From Lophium mytilinum (lineage: Eukaryota), in the NCBI GenBank assembly GCA_010093605.1, contig MU004182.1, positions 2,465,195 to 2,529,194 on the forward strand: 64,000 nucleotides of DNA, given 5' to 3'. The notes under the pieces are model-generated. The model did no database searches. It saw only the letters and a list, made by a program, of their open reading frames with translations, and had not been told where the DNA came from. The position numbers were made by a program, and so were the translations under genes. Below, piece by piece: positions 39,510 through 51,360 of this stretch. Within the stretch, counting starts at the first letter, position 1. Each line of letters begins with the position of its first letter.

Positions 39510-40420
39510 AGGCTGTTGGACGAAATTAACCGCACAGGAGCTTAAGGTAGACGTGGAGGTACGCTGTGTACCCTCGTTGCAGTCACTTTTAGACCTGGAA
39601 ACAACAGTTCTCAAATTAGGTGCTCGTCAAGAGGTTCAAACGAAGCTATTGGAGCACCTTTGTTCATCATATACAGAGTCTAGTTACAAGTTTCAACAAG
39701 ATTAACTGCCTAAGAGGATTCTTGTTAGACGCGGAGGGCACGTCGCGTACCACCTTACCAAGCTCGAGGCAATGGCCTATAAATCAGGGGTCTATCTATC
39801 AAAAGGATCAAAAGAAGTTAGTGGAGGACCTCTGCTCATCAGATTCAGAGTCCAGTCATAAGTTTCAACGAATTCAACTGCGTAAGACGATTTTTGCTCC
39901 ACGCAGAGGGGTACGTCGCGTACCATCTTTTCAAGCTGGAAGCAACAGCCTCTGAATCAGAGCTCTATCAAGAGGATCAAGAGAAGTTAGTAAAGCACCT
40001 CTGCTCGTTATATTGGAGTTCTAGTTACAAGTTTCAACGAAATCAACTGTATAGGAGGATTTCTGCTCCACGCAGAGGGGTACAATACGTACCATCTTTT
40101 CAAGCTTAAAGCAACCGCCCCTAAATCAGGTGTCCATGAAGAGGATGAAGAGAAGCTGGCAGAGCACCTCTGCTCGTTAGACTTAAGGTCCAGTTACAAG
40201 TTGCAACGAAATCAACCGCGCAAGAGGATTTTTGTTGGACGCAGAGGGTACGCCGCGTACACTCTCAAGCTGGAAGCGACCGCGCCTAAATCAGGCCCTC
40301 GTCAAGAGGTCTAAAAGAAGCTGTTGGGAGCACCTCTGCTCTTTAGATCAGCAGTTTGGTTGGAAGTTTTAACGAAATGAACCGTGCGGGACCATTCTTG
40401 TCAGACGCAGAGGATACCCG
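39510..40420. repeat. Degenerate tandem array of ~168-bp units (about 5.5 copies)
   Basis: Anchor CACCTCTGCTC-like motif at 39655, 39827, 39996, 40165 and 40331 (spacings 172, 169, 169, 166). Shared blocks AGTTACAAGTTTCAACGAAATCAAC, ACGCAGAGGGTACG and CAAGCTGGAAGC. A more decayed copy lies at about 39510-39650. Confidence 0.9.
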
Positions 40421-40715
40421 GTATGACCCTATGAGGCTATCAGAAGGCATCAAGAGTCTGGACAGCATAGATGTATATCAGTTCAATCAAGCACTCGTTA
40501 GAAGGTCCAGACTGACAGGGAGTCTGAAACCAGGGACGGCTGAAGCCCAGCACCAGATTAGCATATGGGGGAGCTACGTAGGATATCTTCAGTGCCTAAA
40601 TTCTGGAGTCATAAGACGTAGGGCCTAGGCCCATCAGAAAATTGCATTCCCCAGAGCAACAGTGGGCAACAGGTTGATACAGCGCGATGCCCTTCTACCC
40701 TCCACGTCGAAAAGA

Positions 40716-42115
40716 TCACGACTCAGCGCCTGCTGGCGTCGCAGCATCTCCATTCGTAGCAGTTGGTATTGAGAGGGCTCCACCTGGCGAATCTGGTAGT
40801 CTGGCAGTCAGAACCTCCACTCCATCTTCCGTCACCAGAAGAGTATGTTCTATATGCGCGATTAGCAATAGTGTTTCGATGATGGTGAGGATCTGAAGCC
40901 GCTTGACTCACCGAATTGGGCAGTCAAAGAACCATCCTGAGTAGCACTCGTCCAGTCATCAGGCCATGTCTTGTCCTTATGAGTGCCTAACGAGATCATG
41001 GGCTCGATGGTAAAGCACATGCCCGGTTTTGCTTGCCCGACAGCCTTGTTCTTTGCGTAATGCGGCACGTTGGGTGCGCAGTGGAAAAGCTGGTTGATCC
41101 CGTGTCCGCAATAAGTTTTGATTACACTGCATTTCCGCTCTTTTGCAAGCTTCTCGATTACGGTTCCTGGGTCCCTGAACAGCATACCGGGCTTCACGAT
41201 CTTGATCGCTGCATCCAGAGTGTCCCTAGCACATTCTGTGACACGCACAGCATCCGGGTTTGCCTCTGCCTTGGATCCGATGTAGTATGTCTCATTCAAA
41301 TCGCCGTGGAATCCGCCGTGGTATAGCGTAACATCTATATTGAGGATGTCGCCATCTCGCAGAACCCTCTGATCCGGTATACCATGGCAAATGATTTCGT
41401 TTACAGACGTGCATACCGATTTGGGGAAATGACAGTAGTTCAGTGGCGAGGGATATGACTATGTCCCCTAACGTTAGCTCACAAGGTTCAACAACGCCGG
41501 GCGAGAAAACACTTACGTCCCTCTCCAAACACGCCTTGTGAACAACCTCATCTATATAGTCGGTGGTTACGCCGGGCCTCGCTTCCTTTGCCGCAATATC
41601 GAGAACCTCTCTTGCTAGTCTGCACACCTTGCGCATTCCATCCTGCTGCTTCTTGTCCAGAACCGTGATCTTATTCCTCCCAACAAAGATCTGTTCCGAG
41701 CGCGGTATTCCATCCTTCGCATAGTCTGGGTGTTGTATCTTCTTGGGAACTTCTCGCCGTGGTGACAGAGGGTAGACTGGTCTCAGGCTTCCAGTGAAGG
41801 GGAAGGTAGGGTAGGGATTGTATTGGCCGGTTGCTGGGTCGGGTTTAGAGACAACTTTTGGTGGTATGATATTACGGAGAGGATTACTTTGTGACTTGTG
41901 GGCTGTCTTATGATCGCTCTGTAGACTCAATCAGTATTCCTCAGTCCTCTAACAAGGTCTTTCTTACTATGTACCCAGTTTCGTTTGAAGCAGTCTTGCG
42001 AGCAGAAGTAGGACTCCTTCCCTTGTTTTTGACACGTGGGGCATTGTAGTGAGCTGGCATCATTCTCACAGTCCTTGCTCAAGCACTTCCGTGGAGCAGC
42101 AGCATCCTCCGCCAT
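40716..42115 (-). CDS. MAP1: Methionine aminopeptidase 1 with N-terminal zinc finger
   Basis: LQCPTC..YFCSQDCFKRNW, SYPSPLNY, CTSVNEIICHGIPD, HGDLNET, YCGHGI, FTIEPMI, AQFEHTLLVT. Three introns. Confidence 0.95.
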
Positions 42116-42812
42116 GGCGCGTATCTCTTGGAGGTGCGGCCGTCAAGATGATGAAGCAAGATGAAGTCGCGGGAATATTCCTTGGAGAGAAGCTTTGTGG
42201 AGGCGGACAGAGAATATTTAAGAGAGTTTAGCTAACGTTGTGGCGTGAATGTCTGATTATTCAAACCTCGAACGCCGAACTTTTTGAGCGGAGCTGGCCA
42301 GCGGCGGTCTTGAGAATAGACCTGTTTCACGCTCTGATATTACTGCGGGCCGGGGGTGATCCCGGTTGTGTTAAACCACCTTTATCAGATCACACCCGCA
42401 ATGCAAATATTGATTTGACGTATTATGGTCATTTTAGCCAATCTACAAACGGAGACCTCCATCTGCTGAATCCAATGCTATGTATAGCAGGGAGGTCTGG
42501 AGGAGCAAACATGAATGCTCACAATCCACGAAGTCCAGATCACCTCCGCTCAAGGTACCGACAGCTGAACTCATTAGACTCGCCTCAGAAGATCGAATAG
42601 CGTCAACGAAGTACCATACGAGAGCTAGCCCCATTAACAGTAATCGGTGTCTTGCTCAGTGATCAAGGACAACCATGCAGCAAACGTAAAGTGAATACCA
42701 TTATCGTCGACCCCAAACCCGGCTTAAAACCCCTGCGGAAGTACCCGCAAATGAAAAACCATGACTGCACCAAGTCCCTTGGCTCAAGCTTGTGTAAGCC
42801 CCAAAGGATCCA

Positions 42813-44454
42813 TTAAGATCCATTGTTTGGAAGCTTTGGTCCTGCTCCCAAGCTCGGCGCACCACCAGTCCCCTCAACCCCATTGGACGCCTGCAGACCG
42901 CTTGCAGCGCCGCTCTCGTTCTCTGCTTTCCAGGTGTGGTTGAATACTTCAAAATTGTCATCAACGAGCCATTGGAGGTCCTCGCTCTCTGGGCGCATCG
43001 TCCGTGCTAGGCCATTCCCAGCCTTTGGATAGTGTGCTGGCGGATCTGTGTCATAGCCATCGTACGGCTCTGGTTCGACTTCTTGGGGGACAGGAACCTT
43101 TGCGGGGTGCTGACTCTCTGCCTGTAGCTGGGCCTCTGCTGGGTCCAGGTCAGAACTTTCATTTGTTACCGATAGGCCTGGGGTACCAGTGTGAGATTTG
43201 CCTATGATCGGCTGGTGACCATTGACTCCTGTATGGCTCGAGCTAGTTTGAGTCGCGTTTGGCTGAGCTTGAGACGTGTTCTCGATAATAGATCGGGCGT
43301 CCGGAGCGAATATCGGGAGAGTTGGATGAATTATGTTTGAATGTAACAAAAGAGAGACCAAAGTTTCCGGGGTTAGCGTTCTCAAGTATGCACGTTTCTA
43401 TAATGTCGATGATGGTTAAATCGAGAAAACAATATTAGAGCATCGAGCATGGATACTCACCTCTTCTAATGTCAGATCTTCTCCCGCAACAAGGCCATCC
43501 ATTCCCTGAACGGCACTCTGCTTAGACCGAGTGCAGGGACTGCAGAGCCATTCCTTCTCGGTTATTTGGACGACTTCCATCTCGATGGGTGGGTCGTGGC
43601 AATACTGATGATAGGCAGTGTTGCATCCGTCACAGAATACAATCATGTTGTTGGTAGGACTAGTTCCACGGTGACATACTTTACAGAGAGCGGCTTCAGC
43701 ACTCTTCTTGTTCGGGCGCCGGCGTTTTGTACCCGTCGATGGGGATGGCAGTGTGGGCACGAACTGGGTCGGCTTATTGACATTGCGCCCAGACTTGGTC
43801 TGCGTTGGTAGTGGCGTGTATGAAGATGAGATATCGGAGTCATTCTTTGTTGGTGCCGCATGTTAGCGATTTCTATCCAAGCCTACAACGCGATTCCGGA
43901 TAGCTTACCTCGCTGTCGTCACTCTCCGCTCGCTTTCGTTTTCCACCTCTGCCACCCCCTCTGCCCCGACCTCTACCGCCACCCCTTCCCCTTCCCGAAA
44001 TAGGTGTTGAGATTGGTTGAGGTGTAACACTGCTTGCGCCAACCTCGCCCTTCAATCCAGTAGGAGTACCACTCTTTGCGCCTCCTCTTCCTCGCTTGCT
44101 GGCACCTGACATTGGCGACGGCGGTGGAAATTTGTCGCTAGTGACTATCTTTTGCAGCACCTGTTCCCTCGCAGCCTGATATCCCGGTGTCCCAGCACGG
44201 GCTGAAGCGTTGGCGCTCACGCGCTTGATAATCTCCTCTGTTGACGCGGAGAACTGATGAAAAGCCGGGCCAGTAGGACTGTTGTGAGAGCCATGTTGCA
44301 TTGACGATTGCCACGGCTTTGCTGGAATAGAAGCAATATTGGTGTTTGTCTGCTTCGCGGGAGCTTGCGTTGTCGTCGCAGCAGGGACGACCGCAATCGA
44401 GTCCGCGATGGGATTGGAACCGACGGGCGGCACTGGGGGTTGCGAAAGCGACAT
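42813..44454 (-). CDS. PHD-finger chromatin protein (Phf1/Phf2-like) with GRG-rich segment, multi-exon
   Basis: CKVCHRGTSPTNNMIVFCDGCNTAYHQYCHDPPI...WLCSPC (C4HC3). C-terminal HYPKAGNGL...WLVDDNFEVFNH. Confidence 0.85.
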
Positions 44455-44779
44455 GATTAGATTGGTGTTTCGTAGGCGACCATACGCACTGTATTCACGG
44501 GATTTTCGAATGATGTGTTGCGAACGATGGTTTGGTGATCTCCGCAGAGGGCTTGCAACCGCAGCTCCCCAGAACTGGCCCCAGCGCGGATGGCTTAGTC
44601 ATCGAATGTTCAACATCCCTCTACCAAATCTGTCACGCTTGGAAGCGTCACGAAAATCAGTTGTGGTACGCAGTTCAAATTGTGCAAATGTGTTGGTTCA
44701 TGGCTGAATAATTCGGGGGAATACACTCTGAATTTCTAATCTTGATACAGAAGAGGCATTTGTCTAACCATCCATTGTT

Positions 44780-46465
44780 CTAAGCAACAACTCCCTCACT
44801 TCGCAAACCCTCGATGTCACTCTCAGACAAACCCACCAAATCTCTCAAAACTTCATCTGTATGTTGTCCAAGTGTGGGTGGAGCACTCCTGATGCTGGGT
44901 TGCGAGAAGGAATATTTTACAGGCGTGTTGACAAGCTTCATAGGGCCGCAAGTAGGATGGTCCACTACTTTGACCATATCTCGAGCAAGGACTATCATCA
45001 TATCAGAATCACAATAGTTATATAAGATGAAGTGTAGAGGCTTACCATGCTCATGCTTCAGTGTTGCTTGAATGTCGTTGATGGCAGCGTACGGCATTCC
45101 GCTGCCCTCAAGTACCTCTAGCCACTCCTGTGTAGTCCTCTTCTTGGTCTCTTCTTCGATCAAGCCTTCTAGGACAACCCTGTTTTTCACTCTCACCGCG
45201 TTTGTGATGAAGCGATCGTCGGTCGTCCACTCTGGCTTTCCAATTTTGGTACAGAGAACCCCATACAGCCTATCATTGCCTCCACCAATGAGAATGTCAC
45301 CATCAGCTGTTTTGAAAGCTTTGTATGGTACGATTGACGCTGAAAGTTGTCAGAGCTGAAATCAGGATAGTAAATTACATCACTTACGATGCGCAGTTCC
45401 CCAACGACCAGAATCCTTCTTGCCACTGATCAGTGCCGAACTCGCAATGTTAGCAAGCGTGGCGACCTGGCAATCGCTCAACGCAACATCAATATGCTGT
45501 CCTTTCCCAGTCTTTGCCCGTCCCAGTAACGCTGCCATGATCGAGTTCGAGGTGTATAGTCCCGTAGTCAGGTCTGTGACGGCGACACCGACCTTCACTG
45601 GTGGTCCATCTCGTTCGCCAGTGATATGCATCAAGCCCATTTCCCTAGGCGGATTTCAGTAAAGCCCTCGCTAGCTGATATGAGGCTACTCACGCTTCTA
45701 CCATGACGTCGTATCCCGCACGGCTACTATACGGGCCTGTCTGCCCATAGCCCGTGATGCTTGCGTAGATCAGCGCTGGGTTAATTTTCGATAACGACTC
45801 GAAATCCATGCCATATTTCTTCAGCGCGCCAGGAATGTAGTTTTCGACTAGGACGTCGCACTCCCGGGCCAGTTTGTGAAGTATTTCTACCCCCGACGGA
45901 TGTGCGAATGAGAGACCCAAAGACTTCTTGTTTCGATTGACCTAGAAGGATGGTCAGTCTTCATCTTCGCACGAGATTCGCCAATTCTTACCGCCAGGAA
46001 GTAGGCGCTCTCCCCAGGCCCATCCATGTGCTCTCCCTTTATGTGTTTCGCATACGGTGGTCCCCAAGCTCTAGTATCATCACCACGCGTCGGATGCTCT
46101 ATTTTGATAATGTCTGCACTAGCACAACTGTCAATGACATCTCTTTTGTCTGCCAACCTCGGAGGAGTTGGTTCATACAGGGTCCACCGCCGCGTACCCA
46201 AGGTCTCCAAGAATCTGCGTGCAATATGGCTAGATTCAAATATCAGGACAAGCTCCTGCTACAGGCTTCTAACACTCACACCAGCCAGAACTCTCGTCAT
46301 GTCCAGAACTTTTATTCCCGCCAGAGGAAGAGTGGAGGTATCAGGCGCTTCAGCCACCGCAGCTATGCCTCTCCAGGGAGCATTGCGCTGGCGGGTGAAA
46401 GGAGCGAGGCTCCATTGAGCCCTCAATTGGGTTCTTGACGATCTAGAGAGTGTATTCAATAGCAT
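44780..46465 (-). CDS. CoA-transferase family III (CaiB/BaiF, SUGCT-like), probably mitochondrial
   Basis: PLAGIKVLDMTRVLAG|PYCTQILGDLG|ADIIKIEHP..GDDTRAWGPP, NRNKKSLGL, DVLVENY, AGYDVMV, PPTLGQHTDEVL. Basic presequence. Confidence 0.92.
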
Positions 46466-46645
46466 ATCTGCTCCGATGAAAACTGATGCATAAGAGAAAA
46501 CTGGCACGAAAGAAGGGCGGTCTTGTAACTCGGAAATATACAAAGCCAACCATGGAACCCCTCCAAACAATGACGATCACCGAGGCCCGCATTTCTCCAT
46601 CACCAATTTTACCGCACATCGCCGACTCACCACCGACTTACCACC

Positions 46646-47464
46646 ATGTTTACTGGAATCGTCGAGATCTTAGGGAGTAAGTACCTCTGAGGATTGAAGG
46701 TCCTTGACCATAGGCTAAGCTAACTGCAGACAGCTGTTTCGGCGCTCGAGGAGCTTGACCAGACGGCCAGCGGAGGCGGCGGGACCTCGTTGACTATTTC
46801 GGACGCGCAGAACATTCTTGGAGATGCGAATCTGGGTGATAGCATAAGCATAAATGGTGAGTATCATGCTGTTCGATCCGAAGTAGATCCTAATAGTATC
46901 ATAGGCGCTTGCCTCACCATCACCGAGTTCGAGAAATCCTCCTTCAAAGTCGGCGTCGCCCCCGAAACCCTCCGCCGCACAAATCTAGGCTCGTTAAAGA
47001 AGGGCTCGATGGTCAACCTCGAGCGCGCAGTCTCCTCGTCCACACGTATGGGCGGACATTTCGTTCAAGGACATGTTGACACTGTCGCCTCGGTTGTGTC
47101 CGTGACACCAGACGGGAATGCGTTAACGTTCCGCTTCAAGCCCCGTGACCCTTCTGTGTTGCGGTACATCGTGGAGAAAGGATTCATCACATTGGATGGA
47201 GCAAGCCTAACGGTCACACAAATTCAAGACGGCCCGGATGGTTGGTGGGAGGTGATGCTGATCGCTTATACACAAGAACGCGTAGTTACAGCGGCCAAGA
47301 AACCCGGCGAGGAGGTCAACGTCGAGGTTGACATGGTCGGCAAATACGTGGAGAAGAGTGTGGCAGCCTACTTTGAAGACAAGGCTGGAACCGGAGACTT
47401 TGCAATTCTGGACAAGATGGTCTCGAGGATTGTGGACGAGAAGCTCAAGAATTCAACCAAATGA
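46646..47464 (+). CDS. RIB5: Riboflavin synthase
   Basis: Signature start MFTGIVE at 46646, GDSISING|ACLT, ETLRRTNLG, VNLERA, GGHFVQGHVD, KGFITLDGASLT, VNVEVD. The second intron is in frame and read through by the ORF track. Confidence 0.95.
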
Positions 47465-47833
47465 GCTTGACTGATTTGGCGCTCAAGCACTTCGACATGG
47501 GTCTTCTTGAATTGAAGCCCTTACAAATGGTAATATAGATACTAACACAGCTAGCTAAATCTGTCCACGCCTGCTTGCCATTGCTTGAGGTGCTTCAGAT
47601 CAAGGTAAAAGATTCGACGAGAAATGACAAACAAGAGATCACGAATCAGGCCCTTTATGAGAGCTCCATAGCCTACAGAAAACATCGTTTTGAGAACAAG
47701 CCTACATATTGTTAAAAGCTATTATAGTCATATTTCAGTCCGGTTTCCGATAAGCTTTGCTTCAACTTCCCGCTGCCCGAGTCCCCCACACACCCTTCCT
47801 AAAGATTATTTCCTACAAATCAGGAGGAATAAC

Positions 47834-49074
47834 TCACTGACACTGATAGTAATAAGGGGCTGAAACTCCAACGCACGTAGACCCGGACTACAAGACGATT
47901 AGTATCGTGAAATGTAGCTATCCATCCTCGAAGACACTTACAACACAAGTGGTACTTCCACTGAAAGTATTTCCACCACACTGGTCATACTTTGCCGCCG
48001 TACATACTGCACTATTTCCACCGCCTGCTGATACACTCGTACTTACAGGCACCGCCGACGTCTTCAGTGTCGTGTTCGGGACACCCGTGGCAGCAGCACC
48101 ATTGCATCCACTACCCGCAACCTTCTCACTGCCGCCGCTGTAGACAGCGGGACCTGGCACGACGTAGGTAGATAGCGCGGCGTGGATATTGATGAGAATG
48201 CCCGGATCACTAGCCGAATAGGCTCCAGGGAAATTGACTGTAGCGGGACTGGCTGAGCCGCCGCCGGATACTGTGAGTTGGTCTAAGATTTCCTCAGCAG
48301 ACTAACTATAAGCTAATAGGAGAGACAGAGGGCATACAGCAGCTCATATACAGCTGTGCGCCGCCAGAGGAGCTAGCAACGTGCAGCGCAATGACTTCAG
48401 CGCGGAGGAGATAGTCGCCCGCTTGGATATCCGATGGGATTTTGACCTGTTTGGATCGTGTCAAGGCCTAAATAACCAAGCTTCGACGATCAACTCACGT
48501 CCATCTTGCCACAGCAGGTATTCAGGTCACTTGTTCCCCATAGATCGTCGTCGCCTGTCCCCTTCCCGGTCGCCGTCCAACCGTCTTGGAAGATCTTGAA
48601 CCAGCCAGCAGACCCGTCGGCTGTGGAGGCGTCTGCGACCTTGGACATGTAGACGATTACTGGACCGTAGTGGGCGCCGCCGATGGCTTCATTGGAGCAA
48701 GAACGGTCACCATTTTGCTATCAAAGTGTGAACAGGTGTTGTGAGAGGTAGAGGATAGATATACTGCATGCATCTCAATTGTAACGCTTTGCCCAGCGGT
48801 AATGGCGCATTTGCCGCTCACGCCTTGGGCTCCTCCGACATTGCAGCGAACGTCAGTAGAGCTGACGCTGGTCACTGGGTTGTTGTTTGGTGGTAATCTG
48901 ACGCAGGTGCTGGCGTTTCTGATAGGTAAGGAAGCGTACGAAAGCCAGAGTGGATCTAGCAAAACTTATCTGATCAACTCCGTTGACCCATAGCTGCTGG
49001 AACGTTGAATGAGCTACGACAGTGTGGACAGCAGCCAGTGCGACGATGACGGATATAGCGAGAGACTTCATCAT
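47834..49074 (-). CDS. Secreted AA9 lytic polysaccharide monooxygenase with C-terminal CBM1, multi-exon
   Basis: Signal peptide then His1 (A|HSTFQQLW), [34 protein letters not shown], Ser/Thr linker, CBM1 [15 protein letters not shown]...YYYQC. The exact stop is uncertain. Confidence 0.93.
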
Positions 49075-49621
49075 AGGAAAGAAGTGTGGATTAGATCTCA
49101 ACCAGGTCTAAGACATCAGCGCCGAAGCTTTGGGCTCTTCTTATATCCTCCCGATATAGCTCTCTCCGCTATCGTGCGGTTCTTGTTATATCGGTGCATC
49201 CCAATTTTATATTGGACTTCATTTCGAAAGCATCAGTGCAAGGGAAAGAAAAAAAGCTTGATTCTCCACACTCCATTTGAGAGCATTGTGCATGGTTCCA
49301 GAGCGAGCTTTGGTAACATTATCGGAGCTTGTATGGGAAGATGAGCTTTTCTCCACACTGTCGCTAATGAAAAGCAATATATCCGGTATTGCGGGAATAC
49401 AGCCGCGAGACCTCGCGTAGCTTTCAGTTAGATGAGATCTAGATTCCCTTAGTTTTCAGTTGTTTCTGGAAATTTTGAGGTCCTTCAACAATTGAGCAAC
49501 AAGCTATATACACTTGACTGCAGAATTTGGTCCAAATAATATATAGACTAACCCTGGTTTCGGTCTTTACTTCCATCAAAAGACTATTCTCATTAATCAA
49601 CTCCTAGGTTTCCATTCTTTG

Positions 49622-50758
49622 TTATATGAACGTTCTAAGAAACTCTCCTAATGCCATGATCGCCATTGCTTGCCCATACGGCATACTCGTCAATTTGATA
49701 TCCTTATAATGCTGCAGTGTCGACCCCATAGCCGTACCGAAGCTAACATCCAAGAGCTCCCCATCTTTACTCACCTTCCCCAGGACCGCTTTCACAGCTT
49801 TGACCGCCACCTCCTCAAACTCCTTCCCAATATACCGCTTCCTAACAGCCTTCAGCATCCCGTACGCAAACCCCGCCGTCGCCGACGCCTCCTCATAGCT
49901 CCCCTCACTCTCCGCAATATCCAACAACGTCCGCCACATCCCACTATCCGCCTGCAGCCTCTTCAGCGCCTGACACTGCGCCGTCAGCACATCCACCAAC
50001 CACACCCTCACCGGATCCCCCTCCCCCAACCCCAGCATCTCAATAAAATCCGGAATCGCAACCGTCAGCCAACTATTCCCCCTCGCCCACCTCGCCCGCG
50101 CAAAATTATGCCCCAACCTCCCCGCTGCCCCCTCCTCACCCTCGAACTTCCACCCATGGAAAAACAGCCCCGTCTCCGTGTCGAACAGGTACTGCACATG
50201 CAGCAAAAACTGCCGCGTCGCCTCCTCCACATACCGTGGCCGCCGTAGCACGAGCCCGATCTTGGCGAGCGGCAGCACCGTCATCATGAGCGTGTCGTCC
50301 CACAGCTCGTTCGCGTTCGTCGAGTTATACGTGACGTGCTGCATGCCGCCGAAGCGGGTGCGGGGCAGCTCGTGCATGGCCCACTCGGCCCACGCGTCGA
50401 GCCAGGGCTCGTACGTGCGCTCCTTCGTGTCTTCATAGAGATACGCGAGCGTGAGGAAGGGGGACATGGTGTTGATGTTTTTGGTGGTGCCTTTGGCGAG
50501 CTGGGTGGCGAACCAGTCTTTGATGATGGTGAGAGTGGGTGCGGAGCCGGTGAGGGTGTGGTATTGCCATAGGCCGTAGAGGCCGATGCCGTGCGTCCAT
50601 TCCCAGTCGTTCCAGCCTTTGGTGTCGATGACGCGGCCGTCGGCGAGGTGGAGCAGGAATTCGCCAGAGGGGTCGGAGATGTGCACGAGGTTGTGGATTA
50701 GGAGGTCTATGGTGGAGTGGATGGTGGTGGAGGAGAGGTTGTGGGCTTGCAGGGCCAT
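49622..50758 (-). CDS. Glycoside hydrolase family 105 (unsaturated rhamnogalacturonyl hydrolase, YteR-like), intronless, no signal peptide
   Basis: WEWTHGIGLYG, LWDDTLMMTVLPL, TGLFFHGW, WARGNSW, SYEEASATAGFAYG, PYGQA. Confidence 0.9.
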   Translation of the reverse strand: MALQAHNLSSTTIHSTIDLLIHNLVHISDPSGEFLLHLADGRVIDTKGWNDWEWTHGIGLYGLWQYHTLTGSAPTLTIIKDWFATQLAKGTTKNINTMSPFLTLAYLYEDTKERTYEPWLDAWAEWAMHELPRTRFGGMQHVTYNSTNANELWDDTLMMTVLPLAKIGLVLRRPRYVEEATRQFLLHVQYLFDTETGLFFHGWKFEGEEGAAGRLGHNFARARWARGNSWLTVAIPDFIEMLGLGEGDPVRVWLVDVLTAQCQALKRLQADSGMWRTLLDIAESEGSYEEASATAGFAYGMLKAVRKRYIGKEFEEVAVKAVKAVLGKVSKDGELLDVSFGTAMGSTLQHYKDIKLTSMPYGQAMAIMALGEFLRTFI

Positions 50759-50851
50759 GTTTTTGATATCTGAAAAGAGTAGATGGGTGAGGAAAGTAGG
50801 AAATCAGAATTGAGTCTAGTACGAAGTAGATCTATATGTATGGACGGAGAA

Positions 50852-51292
50852 GTGGAGGGATGAAAGCAAGCAAGGCTGAGCCAGTTCTTACGACTTAAAA
50901 TATATTGATAGGCTTCGAAGCATATAACCACCGAAGGTTCGGATATACGTACCGACACGTGAGCGTAGTTGTCATGGAGCACTTGACAAGAATTCGCGGT
51001 GTCGGTCTTGACTCGGCCGCCTTTTGACCGATATGCCGAAACAGCCGACTCACGAGTCACTGCTCTACACTACTATTTCTTGGCTGTACAATTTGCGGGG
51101 ACCCTCGGCGTGGAGGAGCAAGTAAAGTCCTAATTAGAGCATCGTTTGTGGATGGATAAACTAACTGATCTGCAATGCCATTCCGGTGGATCTGTGTCCG
51201 AGGCTGCTACCGTGTGGGGAGTGGAGCGAGGGTAAGGTGATGCATGGGGTGTGGGGAGAGTATATTACGGGGTATGGGGTAGATATCTCCAC
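50852..51292. promoter_or_regulatory. Cluster of CreA/Cre1-type SYGGRG sites in the GH105/MFS divergent promoter
   Basis: GTGGAG 50852, GCGGGG 51095, GTGGAG 51110, GTGGGG 51214, GTGGAG 51221, GTGGGG 51251, CTCCAC 51287. Binding is inferred. Confidence 0.45.
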
Positions 51293-51360
51293 AAGCCTCA
51301 AACCAGTCTATCTTTCTACTTTTTATATTTGTTTCTCCTGGCTAGGAAAGAGTCGAGACA

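Noticed and set aside
39911..39935. 25-nt GT...AG segment in the 168-bp repeat whose removal would restore the reading frame
   Set aside because: Too short for introns in this genome and lacks a branch point. Other copies are in frame without it, so a 1-nt insertion is the simpler explanation.
39510..40420. CRISPR-like interpretation of the periodic repeat
   Set aside because: Whole units are homologous with no unique spacers, there are no cas genes, and the context is eukaryotic.
49622..50758. Recent horizontal transfer of the intronless GH105 from bacteria
   Set aside because: GH105 genes are widespread in fungi, and the C-rich 5' / G-rich 3' skew also appears in neighbouring intron-containing genes. 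A phylogeny would be needed.
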